Assembly (NCBI GenBank): GCA_964502735.1
Contig: CAZCYD010000007.1
Span: 24,295-88,294 of the forward strand
Length of the DNA stretch: 64,000 bases
Direction: 5' to 3'
From: an uncultured Pseudobdellovibrionaceae bacterium
GTDB lineage: Bacteria; Bdellovibrionota; Bdellovibrionia; Bdellovibrionales; UBA1609
Position numbers and translations under genes: made by a program
The notes under the pieces: model-generated
What the model was told of the DNA's origin: nothing
Seen by the model: only the letters and a program-made list of their open reading frames with translations
Databases searched by the model: none
Part shown: one piece after another, positions 20,534-28,199 of the stretch
Layout: each line of letters starts with the position of its first letter
Position numbering within the stretch: the stretch's first letter is position 1

Positions 20534-22056
20534 ATATAGCAAGATATCGATCCTCTTTTACAATTGCGATAATAGATGCAGACTCTTATAGAGGCCAGAA
20601 AATTTATCAGGCGCTGAAAACGGCAGGTTATATATCACATCAATATATTTCTGCAGAAGTTTTTTTTGAGAAAGTGGAGAGTTCTCCTCCTCACATTTTA
20701 TTTCTAGAGCAAGATACCCTAATAATATTGGGGGAGTCTTTTATTGACGATGTCCTCAATTATTTGCCTGAAGTTCACATCATCATTTACGCGAAACAAG
20801 AAGATCTCTACTCCACAAGTCAGTTTATCTCACGTGGTGTTTATGATTGCGTGGCCTATCACGAAGAGAACTTGAATTTTCTTGTATTGTCTGCAGATAG
20901 GGCTGCAGAGCGTGATTATTTTATGTATATGAATGAGCAACTTCAAGTGGAAGGGGGTGCCCTTGGCATTGAAGATAAGGCTGAGCCAGTAGAAGCGAAT
21001 CCGCCGGCGTTTGAAAATCGTGAGCAGAATAATTCAGACCACTACCTGCGAGACTATGGTTTGTGGTTTTCTTATCTGCAGGAAAAGAAAACCCTTAGGG
21101 AGACGGTCGAAGCCTTTTTGCTTGAAGCCACGCGAATTCTTGAGAATAAAGAAATCATTTATTTTAAATATGTTCCTTCTCACAGCTCATTAATAGTGGC
21201 GCAAAGTGTTGTCAGGAGTTTTGATAAAATTCGAGGTTTGGGCTTGGACCTCTCTAAAGAAGAAATAGCTTTTAGCTTAGATCTCCTCTATGCACCAGAA
21301 AAAATTAGAGGATTTAAAGAACTGGTTAATAAAGAGCTTAATGCAAACTCTTTTGTGAGTTTGCCCCTAATTGTTCAGGGTGTGCCTGAAGGTGTATTCG
21401 TTTTTCTGAACGTAGACGCAGATCAAATTAAGAACACATATTTAGAGCTATTGCTAAAGGGATTGGCTCTCAAAATAAGTCAAATTAATTTAATAAAAAA
21501 ACTTCAGGCCTTGTCTATTCACGATGATAAAACACGAGTCCTCAATCGTGAAAACTTTATTGTTTCAGTAAAAAAAGAGATCTCACGTGCTCAGAGAATC
21601 ACTTTACCGTTAAGTCTTGTTGTACTCACTGTTGATCAGGCTGAAGAAATTGAAGAAGATCTTAACTCTTATGAGCAAGACATATTATTAAAAATGTGTG
21701 CAACCATTTTGAGAAGACACAGTCGAGTTAATGACATGATTGGGCGACTCGACAAATTCACTTTTGGCATCATTCTACCACATACGGGTAAATTAGGTGG
21801 GGCAATCAAGGCGGAAAGACTAAGAAGAATATTTGAGTCTGCAGATTTTTCTAAAGTCACACCAGCTTTTAGGAGCATAACTATTTCGGTGGGGGTAAGT
21901 GAATACCCTTCTCACTGTTTAAATCATGAAGATATATTGAAATTAGCTGATGAAGCCCTTAACGAAGTGAAAAAAACAGGGCGCAATAAGGTTTGCCTAG
22001 CTTCGCCACCAAGGGGTTTTGTACCAGACTTTATCGTTGACAGTGCAAAGTTGTAA
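20530..22056 (+). CDS. Atypical receiver - central domain - degenerate GGDEF protein (A-site lost, RxxD I-site retained)
   Basis: The N-terminus is REC-like (IAIIDADS ... HILFLEQD). The C-terminal GGDEF fold has VLNRENF, RVNDMIGRLDKFTFGIIL (GGDEF replaced by DKFTF; RVND lies 5 residues upstream) and ITISVGVSEYP...ADEALNEVKKTGRNKV. The TTG start overlaps the upstream stop. Confidence 0.75.
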   Translation: MNIARYRSSFTIAIIDADSYRGQKIYQALKTAGYISHQYISAEVFFEKVESSPPHILFLEQDTLIILGESFIDDVLNYLPEVHIIIYAKQEDLYSTSQFISRGVYDCVAYHEENLNFLVLSADRAAERDYFMYMNEQLQVEGGALGIEDKAEPVEANPPAFENREQNNSDHYLRDYGLWFSYLQEKKTLRETVEAFLLEATRILENKEIIYFKYVPSHSSLIVAQSVVRSFDKIRGLGLDLSKEEIAFSLDLLYAPEKIRGFKELVNKELNANSFVSLPLIVQGVPEGVFVFLNVDADQIKNTYLELLLKGLALKISQINLIKKLQALSIHDDKTRVLNRENFIVSVKKEISRAQRITLPLSLVVLTVDQAEEIEEDLNSYEQDILLKMCATILRRHSRVNDMIGRLDKFTFGIILPHTGKLGGAIKAERLRRIFESADFSKVTPAFRSITISVGVSEYPSHCLNHEDILKLADEALNEVKKTGRNKVCLASPPRGFVPDFIVDSAKL

Positions 22057-22057
22057 G

Positions 22058-23200
22058 ATGGTGAGACCAACCGTTGCTGAAATCAATACCCAGTACCTTC
22101 GAGATAATGTCAGAATTCTAAAGAACATGGCATCAGAAGGGAGTTTCTTTTGTCCAATGATAAAATCATTGGCTTATGGCCATGGAGATTCCAATGTTGC
22201 CAGTACCCTAGTGAAGGAGGGAGTCACCACATTAGGAGTGGCTCTAATAGAAGAGGGAGTCACCTTAAGGGAGCAGGGTGTTCGCGATGTGGGTCTTTTA
22301 ATTTTTGGTCCCTTCGATGGAGAGGGCGCTAAGATTGCTCATGAGTACGGGTTAACTCCGGTGGTATCAGGTTGGAAACAGCTGGAGAGTTTGATTGACA
22401 CAAAAAAAGAGATTCAAATTCATATAAAAGTGAATACGGGAATGAATCGTCTGGGTTTTGAAGAGGAAAAACTGTGCAAACTTATAGAAGTATTGAAATC
22501 TTATCCTCATCTGAGAATTGTAGGACTCTGCTCACACCTTTCTTCGAGTGAAGATTTTTTTCAACCCAATTCGTTTACTCAATATCAAATCCAAAAATTA
22601 TTAAATGTATCAAAACTGTTTAGTCTGGACCCTAACAAGGTTCATTTATTTAATAGTGCAGGTCTTATTTCTAATTATCTATCTGGTGGAATGCATAGTT
22701 TTGGGGCGCGACCAGGAATTTCTCTGTACGGTGTAAAACCTCCTATCGACAATCTCAACGCCGCTCAGCAGGAGGCTTGGAATGAAATAAATCTGAGGCC
22801 CGTTATGACTCTTAAAACCCGAATTATTGCTGTTCATCATCTGCAAAGAGGGGCTCGAGTTTCCTACGGTGAAGGGTGGATTGCGCAGCGCGATTCTGTT
22901 ATTGGCGTACTACCTGTAGGCTACGCTGATGGCTACCATAGACTCTTTTCAAATCGAGGAGAGGTTTTGGCTTTGGGCCACAGGGTGCCCGTTGTAGGTA
23001 CGGTTTGCATGGATTACACGATGGTGGACTTAACTGAAGTTTTTGAACAAAAAAAGAGTCTAATGGGACAAGAAGTTGTACTTTTTGGCGAGCAAGGTAA
23101 CTCCACGTTGTGGGTCGACGAGGTTGCTGATAAGGTGGGCACGATCTCTTACGAGATATTGACGGGGATTGGTCAGAGAGTACCGAGAAGCTACATATGA
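22058..23200 (+). CDS. alr: Alanine racemase
   Basis: It has the PLP-lysine motif MIKSLAYGHG, plus VNTGMNRLGF and VGYADGYHR. ATG 22058 lies 1 nt after the upstream stop. Confidence 0.9.
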   Translation: MVRPTVAEINTQYLRDNVRILKNMASEGSFFCPMIKSLAYGHGDSNVASTLVKEGVTTLGVALIEEGVTLREQGVRDVGLLIFGPFDGEGAKIAHEYGLTPVVSGWKQLESLIDTKKEIQIHIKVNTGMNRLGFEEEKLCKLIEVLKSYPHLRIVGLCSHLSSSEDFFQPNSFTQYQIQKLLNVSKLFSLDPNKVHLFNSAGLISNYLSGGMHSFGARPGISLYGVKPPIDNLNAAQQEAWNEINLRPVMTLKTRIIAVHHLQRGARVSYGEGWIAQRDSVIGVLPVGYADGYHRLFSNRGEVLALGHRVPVVGTVCMDYTMVDLTEVFEQKKSLMGQEVVLFGEQGNSTLWVDEVADKVGTISYEILTGIGQRVPRSYI

Positions 23201-24030
23201 AATTCTGGTTAGAAAAAAGAGAAAAATTTAATCAATATTTAGATAATCTCGCTTTGTCGACATGGAGTCGTGTTTACAGCTTTTTTGTAGAGTGTGGTTC
23301 TGTAACGCTTTTTTTATACGATTCGGTAAAGCTTGTAGGCACTCCGCCTCGGCGCACAGACGAGATTATTCGACATATGGAGTTTATTGGCAACAAATCG
23401 GTACTTATTATCATGTTAACTGGCAGTTTTACGGGCATGGCTCTTTCTTATCAAATTTTTTTGGGATTCCAGCTTGTGAATGCCACAAATCTCGTAGGGC
23501 CAACTGTAGCCTTAGGTATTACTCGTGAACTAGGACCCGTTTTGACGGGGTTGATTGTAGCCGCAAGAGCTGGGGGAGCTATGGCCGCTCGCTTGGGCAC
23601 TATGAGAGTGAGTGAACAAATTGATGCCCTCGAAGTGATGGGGGTTGACCCGAAGCAATATTTAGTTATGCCAAGGCTCGTTGCCGCTGTAATCACAATG
23701 CCTCTTTTGTGCGGCATATTTGATTTTATAGCCATGGTAGGGTCTCATTTTCTTTGCGTGAGTGTGTTGGGCTTAGATGAGGCTATTTTTTGGGACAAGA
23801 TTCAAGATTGGATTAATCCAAGCGATATTAATGAAGGGTTAATTAAATCAGCCATTTTTGGAGTTACCTTTTCAGGCATTTGCACTTATAAAGGCTTTCA
23901 TACTCAAGGGGGAGCTAAGGGCGTTGGGGAAGCTACAAATGGTGGCGTTGTAAACAGCATGGTTTTAGTTATTATCCTCAACTTTATTCTTACAAACCTT
24001 ATACGTTTTTATTACACAATAACTGGGTAA
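23197..24030 (+). CDS. mlaE: MlaE-family ABC transporter permease (lipid asymmetry maintenance)
   Basis: A multi-TM protein with the signature GPVLTGLIVAARAGGAMAARLGTMRVSEQIDALEVMGVDP. It has a 4-nt overlap with alr. Confidence 0.9.
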   Translation: MKFWLEKREKFNQYLDNLALSTWSRVYSFFVECGSVTLFLYDSVKLVGTPPRRTDEIIRHMEFIGNKSVLIIMLTGSFTGMALSYQIFLGFQLVNATNLVGPTVALGITRELGPVLTGLIVAARAGGAMAARLGTMRVSEQIDALEVMGVDPKQYLVMPRLVAAVITMPLLCGIFDFIAMVGSHFLCVSVLGLDEAIFWDKIQDWINPSDINEGLIKSAIFGVTFSGICTYKGFHTQGGAKGVGEATNGGVVNSMVLVIILNFILTNLIRFYYTITG

Positions 24031-24795
24031 GTGGTGGATTTAGCAGCGATTGAACTTAGAAATCTTCGAAAGTCTTTTGATGGTGGCAAAGAGTTTATCT
24101 TAAATGGTATAAACCTCGTTATTCCAAAGGGATCATTGACGGTAATCATTGGCTATTCAGGGACGGGAAAAAGTGTTTTGTTAAAACATATGCTTGGTCT
24201 ACTTCAGCCCACATATGGTGAAGTTTATGTTATGGGCCAAAATATCTGGGAGCTTTCTCCTGAGGAGCTGATAAAAACGAGATGTAACTTTGGAGTTTTA
24301 TTTCAGCACGCTGCACTATTTGACGATATGACGGTTATTGAGAACGTAGCCTTTCCGTTGCAAGAGCACAGAAGATATTTATCGGCAAAGGAAATCATAG
24401 AAATTGCTGAGAAAAAATTACATATGTCAGGATTAGACTCCAAACATTATAATAAATTACCTGGTGAACTGAGTGGGGGTATGAGAAAAAGAGCGGGTTT
24501 AGCGAGAGCTCTGGCCCTTGATCCAGATATTTTGCTTTATGATGAGCCGACAACAGGATTAGATCCAATTTTAACGGAAATGGTAGATAATCTTATTTTG
24601 GACACTCATCACAAGCGCAGTGGCACGACTTCAATAGTGGTGTCTCATGATTTGATGGCGGCATTTAGAATTGGTCAGAATGTAGTGATGTTAGACAAGG
24701 GGAATGTATTGTTGCAGGGTACTCCTAATGACTTTTTAAAGTCAGATCTAGATTTAGTGAAGCGCTTTGTAGACAAGGGATTGAGAAAAAACTGA
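24031..24795 (+). CDS. mlaF: MlaF-family ABC transporter ATPase
   Basis: It has Walker A GYSGTGKS, ABC signature LSGGMRKR and Walker B ILLYDEPTTGLD. The GTG start follows directly after the mlaE stop. Confidence 0.9.
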   Translation: MVDLAAIELRNLRKSFDGGKEFILNGINLVIPKGSLTVIIGYSGTGKSVLLKHMLGLLQPTYGEVYVMGQNIWELSPEELIKTRCNFGVLFQHAALFDDMTVIENVAFPLQEHRRYLSAKEIIEIAEKKLHMSGLDSKHYNKLPGELSGGMRKRAGLARALALDPDILLYDEPTTGLDPILTEMVDNLILDTHHKRSGTTSIVVSHDLMAAFRIGQNVVMLDKGNVLLQGTPNDFLKSDLDLVKRFVDKGLRKN

Positions 24796-26156
24796 TGATA
24801 GCAACACCTGAATTTAAAGTAGGAATATTAGTTGTCGTTGTTTCGGCACTCATTGGTGGAATGTCCTTAAAGGTAGCCGAGAGCCCAAATCTTTTATCAA
24901 GAAGTAAAAAATATTGGTTTGAAGTTGATGATGCGGGCGGACTGGTCAAAAACTCAGCTGTCAAAATGGCGGGGATCAAGGTTGGAGTCATTGACGATAT
25001 CAAGTTGTCTGATGGCCGTGCGCGAGTGCATGTGATGGTGGACAAGGATGTACCCATTACTTCCTCAGCACAAGTTGAGCTGCGAGCCGATGGTATTTTG
25101 GGTGATAAGCATGTTGAGTTAATACCTGGCAAAGTTGGGGACTCTCCTTTAGAGACGGGGGAGATCTCTTCTGTGGCTAATAAGGCCTCACTTGATAAAG
25201 TTATGGAGCAGATTGGGGATATTGCGAGCTCCCTAAAAGAGGTATCTGAGGTCATTGCTGATGCGGCAAAAGAGGGAAATAAACAGACGGCCATTGGCCG
25301 TATTGTACTTAATATTGAGAAGTTAACAGAAGATTTGGCTAATATAACAGACGGAAACAAAAATAAGATCAACGTCATTATTGATCAAGTTCATGGAATA
25401 ACTCAAACATTAGATGAGCTAATTAATGACGACTCACCTGAAGGATTTAGAACGGCATGGTCTAGTGCTGTTGAGGGCTTAAAAAACTTTGATAAAACTT
25501 TACAAAATACACGGGAAATCACAGATAAGCTCAATAGCGGTGAGGGAACACTAGGCAAGCTTATCAACGATGATGATACCGCCGATAACTTAAATAATAC
25601 GATGGAAAGTATTAATGCCTTTTTGGGTGGCATTGGCTCCATGGAGATGAGTATAGACTTTCGCAACGAGTTTTTAACTACTGTCGACCAGTCAAAATCA
25701 TTTTTTAATGTTAGGATACAACCAGGCCTCGACAGGTATTACGAGCTGGGAATTGTTGACAGCCCTACTGGTGTTACGACTGTAGTGGACAGTACTGTTA
25801 ACGATGGGCCTACAACAACCACGACTACAACAAACAGAAATAAAACCAAGTTTAACTTATTATTTGCAAAGAATTTTTGGGATTTTACTATTAAGGGTGG
25901 GCTTATCGAGAGCGCAGGAGGAGTTGGTGTTGACTACTTTATGTTCGATAAAAAGCTGAGGTTATCAATAGAATCCTTCGATTTTCAAGATTTAAAACTG
26001 CGGGCGTTCTTTCGATATCAGGTTCTCAGAGGTATTTATATCGTGGGCGGTGGAGATGAATTGGCTGACAGTGATCGTCGATCAGCTTTCATTGGAGCTG
26101 GAGTTTTCATCACGAATGATGATTTAAGAACATTAGCGGCTGCAATATCTCTTTAA
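24795..26156 (+). CDS. mlaD: MlaD/MCE-family substrate-binding protein with long C-terminal extension
   Basis: An N-terminal TM anchor and an MCE domain (FEVDDAGGLVKNSAVKMAGIKVGVIDDIKL) are followed by helical and beta-rich C-terminal regions. There is a 1-nt overlap with mlaF. Confidence 0.85.
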   Translation: MIATPEFKVGILVVVVSALIGGMSLKVAESPNLLSRSKKYWFEVDDAGGLVKNSAVKMAGIKVGVIDDIKLSDGRARVHVMVDKDVPITSSAQVELRADGILGDKHVELIPGKVGDSPLETGEISSVANKASLDKVMEQIGDIASSLKEVSEVIADAAKEGNKQTAIGRIVLNIEKLTEDLANITDGNKNKINVIIDQVHGITQTLDELINDDSPEGFRTAWSSAVEGLKNFDKTLQNTREITDKLNSGEGTLGKLINDDDTADNLNNTMESINAFLGGIGSMEMSIDFRNEFLTTVDQSKSFFNVRIQPGLDRYYELGIVDSPTGVTTVVDSTVNDGPTTTTTTTNRNKTKFNLLFAKNFWDFTIKGGLIESAGGVGVDYFMFDKKLRLSIESFDFQDLKLRAFFRYQVLRGIYIVGGGDELADSDRRSAFIGAGVFITNDDLRTLAAAISL

Positions 26157-26322
26157 CCAAATTATCTTGACCTGTCCCTCTCCCAAAGTTATCCCCAATA
26201 CAGGCCTGCGAGGGAGATCTTCGAGAAAAATCTGACGCATTTTATCCGCAGGTTTGGGTAATTGGTGTAAAAATAATAGAAAGCAAGTTTCGTTATTGCG
26301 CTAAATCGAAAGGGAGAAGGCT

Positions 26323-27858
26323 GTGTTTAGAAATGCTCTTATAAGTGTGGCAGATAAAGAAGGGATTGTAGAATTTGTAAAAGCTTTAGAGCAAATGGGC
26401 ACTCGAATTGTTTCCACTGGTGGAACGGCAAATCTATTAGAAAAAAATGGTATTCATGTCGTAAAAGTCTCAGAGCAAACGGGTTTTCCCGAGGTTATGG
26501 ATGGAAGAGTGAAAACACTTCACCCAAAAATTCACATGGCCTTGTTGGCTCGAGACTACATAGAGACAGACATGACAGAATTAAAGGCCCAAGAGTTGGA
26601 GCCGTTCGACCTAGTTGTGGGGAATCTTTACGCCTTTGAAGAGGCCCTAAAAAAAGGGCTTGAAGACCGAGATCTACAAGAATTTATTGATATTGGTGGT
26701 CCTTCTTTTTTGAGAGCGGCAGCTAAAAACTTTTCACGTATCACAACGGTGTGCAATCCTCAAGATTACAGCTTTATTTTGAAGAAAAAGAGCTTAAGTC
26801 TTGAAGATAGAAAGCAGCTGGCGTCCAAAGTCTTTTATCATGTTTCAGCTTACGACAGTATGGTTGCTCGAGCATTGAATACAAAAAAAAATATGGAGTC
26901 AGAATTGAGTTCCCTAGAGTTTTTTTCTGTGGGGGGGGGACTGAAAAGTCAACTCCGTTACGGCGAAAATCCTCAGCAGGAGGCTACATGGTACAGGTCC
27001 TTTGCTGACTCTGGTCTTCATGATGCAGAAATTATTCAAGGAAAGGCTTTGTCCTATAATAACTTGTTAGACTTAGATGCCGCGATATCTACTCTTAATG
27101 AATTTGAAGCTCCTTGTTGCGTAGCAATTAAACACAACAATCCCTGTGGTGTTGGCTTATCCAATCATTTAACTTTGGCTGTTAGTAAGGGCTTGAGCGC
27201 AGATCCTGTGAGCGTATTTGGTGGTGTTATTGCGTTAAATAGGAGAGTGGATAAAGTTGTTGCTGAGCAGTTAGGTCATATTTTTTTAGAGTGTATAATC
27301 GCTCCTGATTACACGGCCGAAGCCTTAGACATTTTTTCTTCCAAAAAAAACTTGAGAGTTTTAAAGTCAGAAAAAGTTACAAATTGGAAAAATGCATATG
27401 ATATTCGAAAAATATTAGGTGGCTTTTTAGTTCAGGAGTCTGATGTGGTACAACCCACCTATCAAGATACGTGGGAAATTGTTGGAAAATCACCAGACCA
27501 GGAAGTTAAAGAGGAAATGGTTTTTGCTATGAAAGTTTGCGCACATCTAAAAAGTAATGCGATAGCCATCTGCTCAAAGGGACAAACATTGGGATTGGGA
27601 ATGGGGCAGGTCAATAGAGTCGATGCCGTTCAACAGGCAATTTTACGAATGCAAAATCATCATCCTCGAGCTGGCCTTAAAGTTTTGGCAAGTGATGCCT
27701 TTTTTCCATTTGCTGACTCAGTGGAGTTGGCTGCAAAAGCAGGAATAGAGTGGATAATTCAGCCGGGTGGTTCTGTTAAGGACCAAGATGTGTTTGCTGC
27801 TGTTGAAAGATTTAATATTGGAATGGTACTGACAGGCCGTCGTCACTTTAAGCACTAG
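26323..27858 (+). CDS. purH: Bifunctional AICAR transformylase / IMP cyclohydrolase
   Basis: Motifs are ALISVADKEGIVEF, STGGTA, GRVKTLHPKIH, KHNNPCG and IQPGGSVKD. The GTG start follows an AGGGAGAAGG ribosome-binding site. Confidence 0.95.
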   Translation: MFRNALISVADKEGIVEFVKALEQMGTRIVSTGGTANLLEKNGIHVVKVSEQTGFPEVMDGRVKTLHPKIHMALLARDYIETDMTELKAQELEPFDLVVGNLYAFEEALKKGLEDRDLQEFIDIGGPSFLRAAAKNFSRITTVCNPQDYSFILKKKSLSLEDRKQLASKVFYHVSAYDSMVARALNTKKNMESELSSLEFFSVGGGLKSQLRYGENPQQEATWYRSFADSGLHDAEIIQGKALSYNNLLDLDAAISTLNEFEAPCCVAIKHNNPCGVGLSNHLTLAVSKGLSADPVSVFGGVIALNRRVDKVVAEQLGHIFLECIIAPDYTAEALDIFSSKKNLRVLKSEKVTNWKNAYDIRKILGGFLVQESDVVQPTYQDTWEIVGKSPDQEVKEEMVFAMKVCAHLKSNAIAICSKGQTLGLGMGQVNRVDAVQQAILRMQNHHPRAGLKVLASDAFFPFADSVELAAKAGIEWIIQPGGSVKDQDVFAAVERFNIGMVLTGRRHFKH

Positions 27859-27876
27859 ACCGCAAAAATGACAAAT

Positions 27877-28030
27877 ACACATGTTATACCAATTCAAAAA
27901 AATAATTGTCTAAAATTTAGTGAATACCCCTCATGCTCACACAGCCGCAGCCTTGAGGCTGCGGAACTGCGCGTGAAGGGTATTCACTAAATTTTAGACA
28001 ATTATTTTTTTGAATTGGTATAACATGTGT
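27877..28030 (+). repeat. Long hairpin element, copy 1 (53-nt arms, asymmetric 40-nt core in + orientation)
   Basis: Left arm 27877-27929 is the exact reverse complement of right arm 27978-28030. After one C/A mismatch, tca/tga also pair. The core at 27934-27973 is TGCTCACACAGCCGCAGCCTTGAGGCTGCGGAACTGCGCG. Confidence 0.9.
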
Positions 28031-28199
28031 GGATTTTGTTTCACGGGAACCAGACTTATAGCTGGGAGTTGAGTTTGTGTTTGTCTGGCAGATTATCCAG
28101 TAGATTAGCTGTGGAAATCACCTTGTAAAAAGTACTCTTAATTGTGATAATCAGAGAATATTTGATAAATCAATACAAAGACTCTAGAGGATTTAACAG

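Noticed and set aside
24725-25378. A 217-aa antisense ORF within mlaF/mlaD. Similar long antisense ORFs lie at 49215-49640 (141 aa), 58083-58505 (140 aa) and 19845-20321 (158 aa, His-rich).
   Set aside because: All lie opposite well-supported genes with strong family motifs. They have low-complexity or biased composition and no start context, so they are typical shadow ORFs.
26157-26322. A ZTP (pfl) riboswitch in the purH leader, since purH is a classic ZTP-regulated gene.
   Set aside because: I could not find the conserved 5' sub-domain (GGGUCGUGACUGGCG-like) or the CCGCCUGGGC 3' element. Only a loose CCGCAGGTTTGGG resemblance exists. A cmscan would be needed to exclude it formally.
27930-27977. 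The conserved core as a small self-cleaving ribozyme (the hammerhead-like CUGUAUGAG on the reverse strand caught my eye).
   Set aside because: Only two helices (the long arm stem and the 8-bp hairpin) can be drawn. There is no three-way junction and no CUGAUGA...GAAA core. It is not supported.
27877-28030. The hairpin elements as ordinary Rho-independent terminators.
   Set aside because: No consistent T-tract follows the stems on either strand, and 50-bp stems with a 40-nt structured loop are far larger than intrinsic terminators. A 3'-end or mRNA-stabilising role remains possible but is not established.
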